Assembly (NCBI GenBank): GCA_002793115.1
Contig: PFPP01000059.1
Location: 1 to 32,965, forward strand
Source of the DNA: Candidatus Kaiserbacteria bacterium CG_4_10_14_0_2_um_filter_50_16
Lineage (GTDB): Bacteria; Patescibacteriota; Minisyncoccia; Phycocordibacterales; Phycocordibacteraceae
Direction of reading: 5' to 3'
DNA length: 32,965 nt
Part shown: one piece after another, positions 7,366 through 15,450 of the stretch
How positions within the stretch are numbered: the first letter of the stretch is position 1
Layout: the number at the start of each line of letters is the position of its first letter
Translations under genes and position numbers: made by a program
The notes under the pieces: model-generated
The model's database searches: none
Told to the model about the DNA's origin: nothing
The model's input: the letters and a program-made list of their open reading frames with translations, nothing else

Positions 7366-7523
7366 TGGGACACTGTATCACGTTGATTCTGATATACTAG
7401 AACCATGAGACGAGCTCTGGCAATTACCATCGTCGTCTTGCTTGCTCTCGGTATGATCGGGATGTTTTTCCCCGCTCTCGTTTCCGGCATACGCTAATGA
7501 ACAATGCTATCCCCATCCCTCAC

Positions 7524-7552
7524 TTGTTTTTTATAGGCATTTCTGGCATACT
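7524..7552 (+). promoter_or_regulatory. Candidate sigma-70 promoter for the RRM gene
   Basis: TTGTTT, a 17-nt spacer, then CATACT. This would give a leader of about 120 nt. It is a pattern match only. Confidence 0.25.
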
Positions 7553-7676
7553 GTTTACACTCGCAGAGTATTCGAGCTTCGCTCGGCTCGTTCGAGTCTG
7601 AGACTCTCAGAGTCGATGACCAAAAACAGCCGCAAAGTGTTCAGTTTCGGCGAGGTTAATCGGCTAGATCTAATAC

Positions 7677-8048
7677 ATGGAGAATCAACAGCCAAAAGGT
7701 TCGGTGCAAGGAAATAAGTTGTATGTGGGCGGCATCCCTTATCGTTCGACTGAAGACGATTTGAAGAAGGTCTTTAGCGAGGCCGGGAATGTCGTGTCCA
7801 CGAGCATTATCAGCGATCGTATGACTGGCCGCTCGCGCGGCTTCGGTTTTGTCGAGATGGCTACTGAAGCGGAAGCTCAAGCGGCTATCGATCATTGGGA
7901 TGGGAAGGAGATGGATGGACGTACGCTTTCGGTCTCTTTCGCTCGCCCGCAGGGTGATCGCCCTCCGCGCCGCGAAGGCGGTTTCGGCGGTGATCGCGGC
8001 GGCTATGGCGGTGGTAATGTCGGCGGCTACGGTCGCGGCGGCTACTAA
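7677..8048 (+). CDS. RRM-type RNA-binding protein with a Gly/Arg-rich (RGG-like) C-terminal tail
   Basis: RNP2 is KLYVGGI and RNP1 is RGFGFVEM. The tail reads GDRPPRREGGFGGDRGGYGGGNVGGYGRGGY. Confidence 0.9.
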   Translation: MENQQPKGSVQGNKLYVGGIPYRSTEDDLKKVFSEAGNVVSTSIISDRMTGRSRGFGFVEMATEAEAQAAIDHWDGKEMDGRTLSVSFARPQGDRPPRREGGFGGDRGGYGGGNVGGYGRGGY

Positions 8049-8058
8049 TCAGTTCTAT

Positions 8059-8098
8059 AAAACAAAAACGTCCATCAATTGATGGACGTTTTTGTTTT
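8059..8098 (+). terminator. Rho-independent terminator (perfect 40-nt palindrome, symmetric A/T tracts)
   Basis: AAAACAAAAACGTCCATCAATTGATGGACGTTTTTGTTTT lies 11 nt after the RRM gene stop. The GC-containing stem is followed by a T-run. Confidence 0.8.
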
Positions 8099-8131
8099 CT
8101 GCCGGCAGATAGATGTGCTAGCGTTCTTCAT

Positions 8132-8887
8132 ATGACTAAAGACGAGCAGTGGCTCTTGGAGGAAAAATATGGCGGAAGAGAAACGCTCGAATACGAAGCC
8201 GACAAGAAGCGGCTCGCCAGAAGTGAGCCGCTCGCCTACGTCATTGGCTGGCAGCCGTTCCTCGACCTGAAAATCTTTCTCGACTCGAAACCGCTCATTC
8301 CGCGGCCTGAAACAGAGTGGTGGACAGAACAGCTTTTGGCGCATGTAGGACGTAGTACGTCCTACGGGCGATTTCTCGATTTATGTGCTGGCTCGGGTGC
8401 TATCGGCTGTGCGGCGCTCGCGAAACTACCGAACGCCCAAGTGTATTTCTGCGAGATCGATCCGGCGCATGAGGCGACTATTCTCAAAAATATACGCGAA
8501 AATGATTTGAACAAATCGCCTGTCTGCGCGGGCAAGCGTGCTGATATCCGTATCGGCGATCTCTTCAAACCATTTGGCGACATGCGGTTCGACATCATCG
8601 CCGCAAATCCGCCCTACATTCCCGCCGGCCGCACACTTCCCGCGAGCGTCGCCGACTATGAACCGGCAAGCGCCTTCTATGCCGGAGAAGACGGCCTCGC
8701 CAATATTCGCCGCATCGCGACGGAACTGCCACAACATCTTACTCGAGATGGTATTGCGTGGATTGAGTGTGACGATATGTACGCAGAAACCGCACGAATG
8801 TTGTTCGAGTCACACGGTTTTAATGCCGAGATACGCACAGACCAGTACGGCGCCCAGCGTAGTATCGTAGTATCATTCCCCCCATGA
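8132..8887 (+). CDS. prmC: Peptide chain release factor N5-glutamine methyltransferase (PrmC/HemK)
   Basis: The SAM-binding block FLDLCAGSGAIG and the catalytic IIAANPPYIP (NPPY) are present. Confidence 0.85.
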   Translation: MTKDEQWLLEEKYGGRETLEYEADKKRLARSEPLAYVIGWQPFLDLKIFLDSKPLIPRPETEWWTEQLLAHVGRSTSYGRFLDLCAGSGAIGCAALAKLPNAQVYFCEIDPAHEATILKNIRENDLNKSPVCAGKRADIRIGDLFKPFGDMRFDIIAANPPYIPAGRTLPASVADYEPASAFYAGEDGLANIRRIATELPQHLTRDGIAWIECDDMYAETARMLFESHGFNAEIRTDQYGAQRSIVVSFPP

Positions 8888-9144
8888 CTGACCAGCCGTT
8901 ACATCCATTTTATCCACCAGCATCTTTAATCGCGTTCCTACCGAACAGTATCTCGATCGGCACCTTGGTTCAATGGGCGCTGTATATCGTCTTCGCTTTT
9001 TGGGCGATTTATACGCTTGTTGCTATCTATCATTGGTTGAAGTATTCTCATGCGTCGTGGGTCGCCTTCCCCGCGATTGCGGCGCACCTCTTTATATCGT
9101 TCGCACTTATGGCATACGCGCTTTCGGGCACCATCAACGTATGA
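8884..9144 (+). CDS. Small integral membrane protein (hypothetical)
   Basis: The protein is 86 aa with two or three hydrophobic helices (LVQWALYIVFAFWAIYTLVAIY; AFPAIAAHLFISFALMAYAL). It has an ATGA overlap with the prmC stop and with the next gene. Confidence 0.55.
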   Translation: MTDQPLHPFYPPASLIAFLPNSISIGTLVQWALYIVFAFWAIYTLVAIYHWLKYSHASWVAFPAIAAHLFISFALMAYALSGTINV

Positions 9145-9677
9145 AAGAATTTGAACTTGAGCCTGGCGAACATGTCGTACTCGAAGCGAGGAAACATTGG
9201 TTCCTTTTTCTTGCCGAGCTCCTGCCCTATGCCATTCTCGCAGTCATTCCCTTCGCGCTTCCAAAACTCCTTGCACTCGTACCGCCTCTGGCGTCGTATG
9301 CAACAATTTTTGATTATCACACAACTCTCGCTCGTGCCATACTTGGCGTCTGGCTACTCATAATGTGGACAAGTGCATGGGGCGCCTGTACCAAATATTT
9401 CCTCAATGTATGGGTGCTTACCAGTCAGCGCATTGTGGATATTAAACAGTGCGGATTTTTCTCTCGCGAAGTTTCGAGTCTATTTCTCTCGCGCGTACAG
9501 GATGTAACAACCGAGGTGATAGGGGTACTTCCCTCTCTGCTCAATATCGGCACTATCAAGGTGCAGAGCGCCGGCGAAGATGTTGAATTTATTATGCATG
9601 GCATCTCGCGTCCTGAGCACATGCGCGATCTTATTCTTAAGTATGTCTCAGTCGAAACGAAAAGTACCGGTGTCTGA
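9141..9677 (+). CDS. Membrane protein with a bacterial PH (bPH_2, YdbS/YdbT-like) domain
   Basis: The layout is MKEFELEPGEHVVLEARKHW, then two TM helices, then VLTSQRIVDIKQCGFFSREVSSLFLSRVQDV...IGTIKVQSAG. I chose the ATG at 9141 (ATGA overlap) over the ORF-track start at 8973, which overlaps the previous gene. Confidence 0.7.
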   Translation: MKEFELEPGEHVVLEARKHWFLFLAELLPYAILAVIPFALPKLLALVPPLASYATIFDYHTTLARAILGVWLLIMWTSAWGACTKYFLNVWVLTSQRIVDIKQCGFFSREVSSLFLSRVQDVTTEVIGVLPSLLNIGTIKVQSAGEDVEFIMHGISRPEHMRDLILKYVSVETKSTGV

Positions 9678-9691
9678 TATAATCAAAATCT

Positions 9692-10936
9692 ATGTCCGAA
9701 CTTTCATCTGCAGACCCTTATAAGGGCGTCCGTGACTTTTATCCAACCGACTGGGCAAAGCAAGAGGCGATGTATGCGTGTATTCGACAGACGCTGGCGC
9801 TCTGGGGCTATGAAGAATACAACGCCTCTCCGCTCGAGCGCGCCGAACTCTACGAAGCGAAGACATCAGAAGAAATCGTCAACGAACAAACGTATACCTT
9901 CACCGATCGCGGTGATCGCCGCGTGACGCTACGGCCCGAAATGACGCCGACACTCGCGCGGATGGTGGCGGCCAAGCGTCGTGAGCTCATATATCCTTTG
10001 CGTTGGTTCTCTATCGGCAATCGTTTCCGTTATGAACGGCCACAGAAAGGCCGCTTGCGCGAGTTCTATCAGGCGGACATCGACCTTGTCGGTCTTCCCG
10101 AGGGTGAAGCGGACATCGAGATTGTTCGTCTCGCATCGGAGATATTGAAGGCGTTTGGGGCTACTGAAAAAGATTTCGTTATTCGCATAAATTCGCGCTC
10201 GCTTCTCAACGCCGCTTGCAAATCGGCAGGACTCAAGGGCGATGCTGTCCGACAATATTTACGCCTCCTTGATAAAAAGTCAAAAATGACATCGGAAGCT
10301 TTTACTGAAGCGCGAAATACTATTTCAGCAACAGACCCTTTGTCTTTTATTGAGCCGAAAGCAATGGAAACATTTATTACGATACTCAAAACACGCGGTG
10401 TTGGTACTGCTGTCTTCGATCCAAGCATTACGCGCGGCTTCGACTACTATACCGGTATGGTATTTGAAGTGTATGATACCAACTCGACAAATCCGCGGGC
10501 CCTTTTTGGCGGAGGGCGCTATGATAACCTGATTTCACTCTGGCCCTCCGGAGGTGGCGAACCGGTTCCCGCAGTCGGCTTCGCGCTCGGCGATGTAACG
10601 CTCGCAGATTTCCTCGAAACGCACGCGCTTATGCCGAACGTGAATGCAGGTACGTCGCAGCTCTATCTCGGCACGCCATCGCCAAATGATATTCCCTCAG
10701 CACAATCTTTCGCCGAAACACTTCGTAAAGAAGGAGCTCGGATCTTCGTCAATCTCACCGATCGCGCGCTTGGAGATCAAATCAAGGATGCAGTAAGACG
10801 CGGCATTCCGCTCTTCGTTGCCTATGGCGCGGATGAAGTTGCGAATACCGCCGTACGGCTGAAAACACTTGCAACCGGCGAAGAAGCTACTCTCCCTTCC
10901 TCTGAACTTCCACAACGACTTCGTTCAGGCCGTTAG
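9692..10936 (+). CDS. hisS: Histidine--tRNA ligase
   Basis: The class II motifs are present (RDFYP...; RVTLRPEMTPTLARMVA; RWFSIGNRFRYERPQKGRLREFYQADIDLVG; GGGRYD). A C-terminal anticodon-binding domain is also present. Confidence 0.9.
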   Translation: MSELSSADPYKGVRDFYPTDWAKQEAMYACIRQTLALWGYEEYNASPLERAELYEAKTSEEIVNEQTYTFTDRGDRRVTLRPEMTPTLARMVAAKRRELIYPLRWFSIGNRFRYERPQKGRLREFYQADIDLVGLPEGEADIEIVRLASEILKAFGATEKDFVIRINSRSLLNAACKSAGLKGDAVRQYLRLLDKKSKMTSEAFTEARNTISATDPLSFIEPKAMETFITILKTRGVGTAVFDPSITRGFDYYTGMVFEVYDTNSTNPRALFGGGRYDNLISLWPSGGGEPVPAVGFALGDVTLADFLETHALMPNVNAGTSQLYLGTPSPNDIPSAQSFAETLRKEGARIFVNLTDRALGDQIKDAVRRGIPLFVAYGADEVANTAVRLKTLATGEEATLPSSELPQRLRSGR

Positions 10937-10947
10937 GCATATTGGTT

Positions 10948-11529
10948 ATGCGTTACATCGTCTTCGACATTGAAACCGCGAATGTGTTCCCGAGTCTTGC
11001 GCGCGCCGATATTGAACATCTTGATCTCGCGCTGGTCGGTGCGTACAATTCAGAAACGAATTCCTACACGTCGTATGTAAAAGAAGAATTGCCGCGGCTC
11101 TGGCCGCTTCTCGAACATACCGATCTCCTCATTGGCTTTAACTCCGATACGTTCGATATCCCGCTCTTGAATCGCTACTATCCGGGCGATCTGACTTGCG
11201 TACAATCGCTTGATCTCTTGAGAGAAGTGCAAAAAGTCCTCGGTCGGCGCATTCGCCTCCAGTCTCTCGCCGAGGCGACGCTCGGCAAGGGGAAAAAGGG
11301 GGACGGCACAAAGGCGGTTATGTGGTGGCAGGATGGGCTTGTCGACAAAGTGCGCGAATATTGCATCGAGGACGTACGCCTGACGAAAGAGCTCTATGAC
11401 TATGCGCTGAAACACGGCGTACTCAAATACAAAGATCTTCGCGATATCCGCGATATCAAGCTCGACACCTCGCTCTGGGGCACAAAGACAACTGTTGCAC
11501 CTGCAATGACTCATATACTTCCTTTATGA
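10948..11529 (+). CDS. DEDDy-type 3'-5' exonuclease (RNase H-like fold, PolB-exo/YprB-like)
   Basis: Exo I is FDIET, Exo II is GFNSDTFDIPLL and Exo III is YCIEDVRLTKELY (Yx3D). I prefer the ATG at 10948 over the TTG at 10942. Confidence 0.7.
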   Translation: MRYIVFDIETANVFPSLARADIEHLDLALVGAYNSETNSYTSYVKEELPRLWPLLEHTDLLIGFNSDTFDIPLLNRYYPGDLTCVQSLDLLREVQKVLGRRIRLQSLAEATLGKGKKGDGTKAVMWWQDGLVDKVREYCIEDVRLTKELYDYALKHGVLKYKDLRDIRDIKLDTSLWGTKTTVAPAMTHILPL

Positions 11530-12203
11530 AATCTTCTCTCGTGGTTCCTGTCGCAATCGCGATCGGCGGCGTTATCGTCGCGGGTGCGATATACTTTTCG
11601 GTCGCGAAGAATCCTTCAGTGGGCTCACACACCGACAATCCATCTTTAGTGCGACCTGTTGGCAGTAACGATCACATCCTCGGGAACCCGGCCGCGAAAG
11701 TTGTCATCGTAGAATATTCCGACTTCGACTGCGGATTCTGCAAAGGTTTTCATGAGACCTTGCATCAGATTATCGCGAACGAGGGAGTGGGTGGCAATGT
11801 GGCATGGGTATTCCGCGAATTCCCGCTTATTGAAATTCATCCGAATGCGCTCTTTAACGCGCGAGCTGCTGAATGCGTCGCGCAGGTCGCAGGTAACGAC
11901 GCATTTTGGAAATTCGCAGATGTTCTCTTCGCGAACCAGCCGATTGATCTTCTGCGCTATGGAGAATTCGCACAGACGGCGGGGGTGTTGGGCACCGATG
12001 CCTTCGCTGTCTGCTTCGCTGGCGCCTCAACGACGATTGATGCGCGCGTGAGTGCTGATCGTCAGAATGCGCTCGATGTAGGGGCGCGCGGCACGCCCTA
12101 TTCGCTCATCCTCGTCGCAGGGAAATTGCCAGTTGTTATGGACGGTGCCTATTCCTACGATGCCGTAAAACAACTTATCGACCAAGCGCTCACAAATAAG
12201 TGA
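11526..12203 (+). CDS. DsbA-family thiol:disulfide oxidoreductase, membrane-anchored
   Basis: There is an N-terminal TM helix (VVPVAIAIGGVIVAGAIYF) and a CxxC active site in EYSDFDCGFCKGFH. The start overlaps the upstream stop (ATGA). Confidence 0.8.
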   Translation: MKSSLVVPVAIAIGGVIVAGAIYFSVAKNPSVGSHTDNPSLVRPVGSNDHILGNPAAKVVIVEYSDFDCGFCKGFHETLHQIIANEGVGGNVAWVFREFPLIEIHPNALFNARAAECVAQVAGNDAFWKFADVLFANQPIDLLRYGEFAQTAGVLGTDAFAVCFAGASTTIDARVSADRQNALDVGARGTPYSLILVAGKLPVVMDGAYSYDAVKQLIDQALTNK

Positions 12204-12234
12204 GCACTTGCTTTTTATTGCTTACTGGCGAATT

Positions 12235-13077
12235 TTACTCATCCACCAGACCGAGCCGATAGATGTCGAAAGAGTTTTCGCCCTCGAACATATCGGATGG
12301 ATTTGGCAGATAGATGCGTCGCCGAGAAATTTCCGTTGTCGCATCATTGATAAGGCGGTGGAAGACCGCAAAATCCTCTTTGCGATTGCAGAAATCTATT
12401 TCATACCGTCGCACTTGCGAACTACCGTCGGCATTCCTCGTTTTCTTGCATTCATACACGATGAAGCGCCGCACCGGCTTTCCGAAGAGTTCTTTGACGG
12501 TATAGTAATTGAAAATCGCTTGAATGACGAAGAGCGTTTTCGAGGCGCCCACTTTGCTGAACGACGCGACGAACTTATGGTCCACAATGTCTACCGAGCC
12601 CTTTTCAACGCGTGATGCTACCACGAGATCCGAAACAGCTTTGATGGGTAACGGGAGTCCTTCTACTTCTACGATACCTTTTACTTCAACACCAAGTACC
12701 GTGTGACGAGGTGGCCGCTTCAGGTAAAACGAAATTGCGCGCAGATATTCCTGTTCCATCATCTTTCGCTTTTTCTTTTTCGCACGGCGCGTTTTCGCCC
12801 TGCCGAAATCGATTTCGAAGTCTCCGATGTTACGGATATATTCCAGTCCTTTCCGTACGGCGATATCTTTGGGCGCACCATTGTAAAAATGCTCGAGCGC
12901 CCGGTGTCCGGCACTGCCGACAACAGTGGCGGGCGTCGTGGGCATATCGTATATCTCCTCGACATACCGCTTATACCAGGCGAGCGGATTACGCAGGTAC
13001 GCCATGAGCGAAGAATGGCTCCAGTGCTTGATGAGCGGCTTCACTCCCCTACTTGCCTGATTCTTCTGCCTTGCCAT
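12235..13077 (-). CDS. PD-(D/E)XK superfamily nuclease (RecB/Cas4-like fold, PDDEXK_1 type)
   Basis: The N-terminal block is WSHSSLMAYLRNPLAWYKRY...GSAGHRALEHFY. A VDIVDHKF (D..DxK) block and a QxxxY-like VIQAIFNYY are present. I saw no C-terminal Cys cluster. Confidence 0.6.
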   Translation of the reverse strand: MARQKNQASRGVKPLIKHWSHSSLMAYLRNPLAWYKRYVEEIYDMPTTPATVVGSAGHRALEHFYNGAPKDIAVRKGLEYIRNIGDFEIDFGRAKTRRAKKKKRKMMEQEYLRAISFYLKRPPRHTVLGVEVKGIVEVEGLPLPIKAVSDLVVASRVEKGSVDIVDHKFVASFSKVGASKTLFVIQAIFNYYTVKELFGKPVRRFIVYECKKTRNADGSSQVRRYEIDFCNRKEDFAVFHRLINDATTEISRRRIYLPNPSDMFEGENSFDIYRLGLVDE

Positions 13078-13132
13078 GAGGCCAGTATAGCGAAAAAGAA
13101 GATAAGGCGTCGGAACCTGATATGATGAGCGT

Positions 13133-13555
13133 ATGTTTAATTCGCCGCCAGGTCCTGAAAATTTAAAATCGAAAAAGGAGTCAATTGATGCAAGAATAGC
13201 TTTTTTGGAGAAATACGGGGCGAAAGTCGAACTAGATAAACCAACGGTAGATGCTTACAGACTTACATTTTCTTATGAAGATGCAGTCGTAACGATACGA
13301 ATTGCTCTGAATGATTATGGCGGTGCTGATGTGATCATAACAAACATGACAACGTTACCAGATAGCCAGAAAGATATGGGTTTTGGAAGTAAAGCTCTTC
13401 AGTCCGTTTTGTCATGGGCCGCAAATAATTTCAAAGATATACGTGCCGTCCAAGTGCAAGAACCAAGTGAGAATTTCTGGATTAAGAATGGATTTACTAA
13501 ATGCGAGGATCCGAACCCGACGAACGATTTCATTTACCGAACATCTGCAAAATAA
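13133..13555 (+). CDS. Hypothetical protein, possibly a minimal GNAT-like fold
   Basis: The ORF is 140 aa in an AT-rich patch. SQKDMGFGSKALQSVLSWA...FWIKNGF loosely resembles GNAT motif A and the C-terminal FY.K.GF block. I did not recognise any confident family. Confidence 0.35.
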   Translation: MFNSPPGPENLKSKKESIDARIAFLEKYGAKVELDKPTVDAYRLTFSYEDAVVTIRIALNDYGGADVIITNMTTLPDSQKDMGFGSKALQSVLSWAANNFKDIRAVQVQEPSENFWIKNGFTKCEDPNPTNDFIYRTSAK

Positions 13556-13810
13556 GTTTAAATATTTTCTGGCCTATATAGGGCAAAATTGCAATTGTTG
13601 ATTTGAAATGCTTAAGTAATGGCAGATCGAACTTGAGAGGGATGCACTATGACACCAGAAAAGATAATTGCTGTTATCGAGATGCTCATTTCCTATGCGA
13701 AGGCGTCAAGAAATACGCGCGGGATCCACAAAGACAGCGAAAAGCCGGAAGCCACTTAACCGTCGTTCAAATGTGGGACCCCGGCGATTAAATAAGACGG
13801 AATGACCTTA

Positions 13811-13843
13811 AAGAAGCCCATCGCGAGATGGGCCTCTTCTTTA
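13811..13843. terminator. Hairpin terminator between convergent units
   Basis: AAGAAGCCCATCgcgaGATGGGCCTCTTCTTT has a GCCCATC/GATGGGC stem with a GNRA-like loop, flanked by A-rich and T-rich runs on either side. Confidence 0.5.
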
Positions 13844-13951
13844 CTGGAGCAAAATGCTTAGAAAAATCCAGGAGAGAAGAATCGCCACTGTAACGCAGGC
13901 AAAGATTATCACGGTCGTTAGGAAGAGTTTCGTTGCTTCCTTTTGTTTGTT

Positions 13952-14152
13952 TTAAAAAAGGAGCTGGGCGGGCTGATAGAGGAAGAAATATCCCATCGTG
14001 GCGACGGAGAGGACAAATAAGGATAAAAAGACAATGGGGGCAATAATCCCGTCTATCGCGAAAGATTTCCCGGGGCCATAATACAACACCGAAGCAATAA
14101 CGGTGATGTACGCCATCGCCCCGAGCGCGTTTATAAGCGGGCTTTTGCTCAT
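13952..14152 (-). CDS. Small two-helix membrane protein (hypothetical)
   Basis: The protein is 66 aa (GAMAYITVIASVLYY...IIAPIVFLSLFVLSVATMGYFFLY). It lies 63 nt downstream of rpoD on the same strand. Confidence 0.5.
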   Translation of the reverse strand: MSKSPLINALGAMAYITVIASVLYYGPGKSFAIDGIIAPIVFLSLFVLSVATMGYFFLYQPAQLLF

Positions 14153-14215
14153 GTTGATTCTAACTTACGTATGTAACCGTTAAGTTACTTCCCAAGCGAC
14201 AGTCTTGGTTTCGAA

Positions 14216-15439
14216 CTAGTACGACTTCAAATGCCGGGCTTTATCGTGCGTGCGGATTTTCCCCAGCGCTTTCGCTTCGATTTGGCGTATGCGTTCGCGT
14301 GTTACGCCGAATCCCCTGCCCACTTCTTCAAGCGTGTGGTAGATGCCGTCCGTAAGACCGTGGCGCATCTCCAGAATCTTACGCTCTTTTGGCGAGAGGT
14401 CGCTCAGAATCGCGTGCACCTGCTCTGTGAGAATACGTTCAGAAGATTCTTGCACCGGCGACGGGATCTTATCATCAGGAATGAAATCGCCAAGAGTTGA
14501 TTTCTCGTCGTCGTCCGAACCGACTGGATTCTCTAGAGAGAGTGTATCCTGATTTATCTTCTCTATCTGATAAATTTTTTCCGGCTCGACGCCCATCTCT
14601 ACTGCGATTTCTTCTGCCTGCGGATCGCGGCCGAGTGCCTGTGAGAGACGGCGCGACACCTGCTTATATTTCGCGATGGTTTCTACCATATGAACTGGGA
14701 TGCGAATCGTGCGCGATTGATCGGCGAGCGCCCGCGTAATCGCTTGGCGAATCCACCATGTTGCATAGGTTGAAAACTTGTATCCCTTCTTCCAATCAAA
14801 CTTGTCTACCGCGCGAAAGAGGCCGAGATTCCCTTCTTGGATAAGATCAAGGAGTGTGAGATCGGGACTGCGGCCGACATATTTCTTCGCGATGGAAACG
14901 ACGAGGCGCAGATTGCTGCGCGCGAGGATATTGCGCGCTTCCGCGTCGCTCTTCTCGATGCGTTTCGCGAGCTCGCGTTCCTCGGCAGCAGTCAGGAGCG
15001 GATATTGTCCGATCTCGCGGAGATAAATCTGGATGGAGTCATAGCTGGTCGAATGGCGGTCTTTAATATTGCGCGTCGCGAGATATTCGTCGGCGGCATC
15101 CTCGAGCATGCCGCCTTCGAGCACGTCAACGCCGGCGATACTGAATCGCTCGTAGAGCGACTCGAGGAAATGTACATCATTTTCAACGTGCGGAAACGAT
15201 TTCAGGATTTCGTCATAGGTGACATATCCGCGCTCTTTCCCCTTTTCGATGAGCGTTTCAGCCGAAAGCGCTTTCTGCGAATTCGCCTTTGATTTCAACA
15301 CGCGCGCGGCGGTACGCACGATCTGTTTCTTCGTACGCTTTGGTTTTTTGCGTCCCGAATTCATTATCCGCTTTTTTGCGACGCGCCTCGAGCAGGGTCG
15401 AAGAGTTTTTTTCTTCTTTTTTGTAGTAGATAGTGCCAT
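14216..15439 (-). CDS. rpoD: RNA polymerase primary sigma factor (sigma-70 family)
   Basis: [34 protein letters not shown], region 2.4 [13 protein letters not shown] and region 4.2 [20 protein letters not shown] are all present. I chose the ATG at 15439 ([10 protein letters not shown]), which lies 11 nt after the dnaG stop. The ORF-track start at 15493 overlaps dnaG. Confidence 0.9.
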   Translation of the reverse strand: MALSTTKKKKKTLRPCSRRVAKKRIMNSGRKKPKRTKKQIVRTAARVLKSKANSQKALSAETLIEKGKERGYVTYDEILKSFPHVENDVHFLESLYERFSIAGVDVLEGGMLEDAADEYLATRNIKDRHSTSYDSIQIYLREIGQYPLLTAAEERELAKRIEKSDAEARNILARSNLRLVVSIAKKYVGRSPDLTLLDLIQEGNLGLFRAVDKFDWKKGYKFSTYATWWIRQAITRALADQSRTIRIPVHMVETIAKYKQVSRRLSQALGRDPQAEEIAVEMGVEPEKIYQIEKINQDTLSLENPVGSDDDEKSTLGDFIPDDKIPSPVQESSERILTEQVHAILSDLSPKERKILEMRHGLTDGIYHTLEEVGRGFGVTRERIRQIEAKALGKIRTHDKARHLKSY

Positions 15440-15450
15440 GTAAAAATAAA

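Noticed and set aside
13603-13791. A 62-aa ORF (MKCLSNGRSNLRGMHYDTRKDNCCYRDAHFLCEG...).
   Set aside because: The Cys/Arg-rich composition is unlike a protein. A different frame holds a more plausible 36-aa ORF with an SD-like sequence, which is reported as part of a finding.
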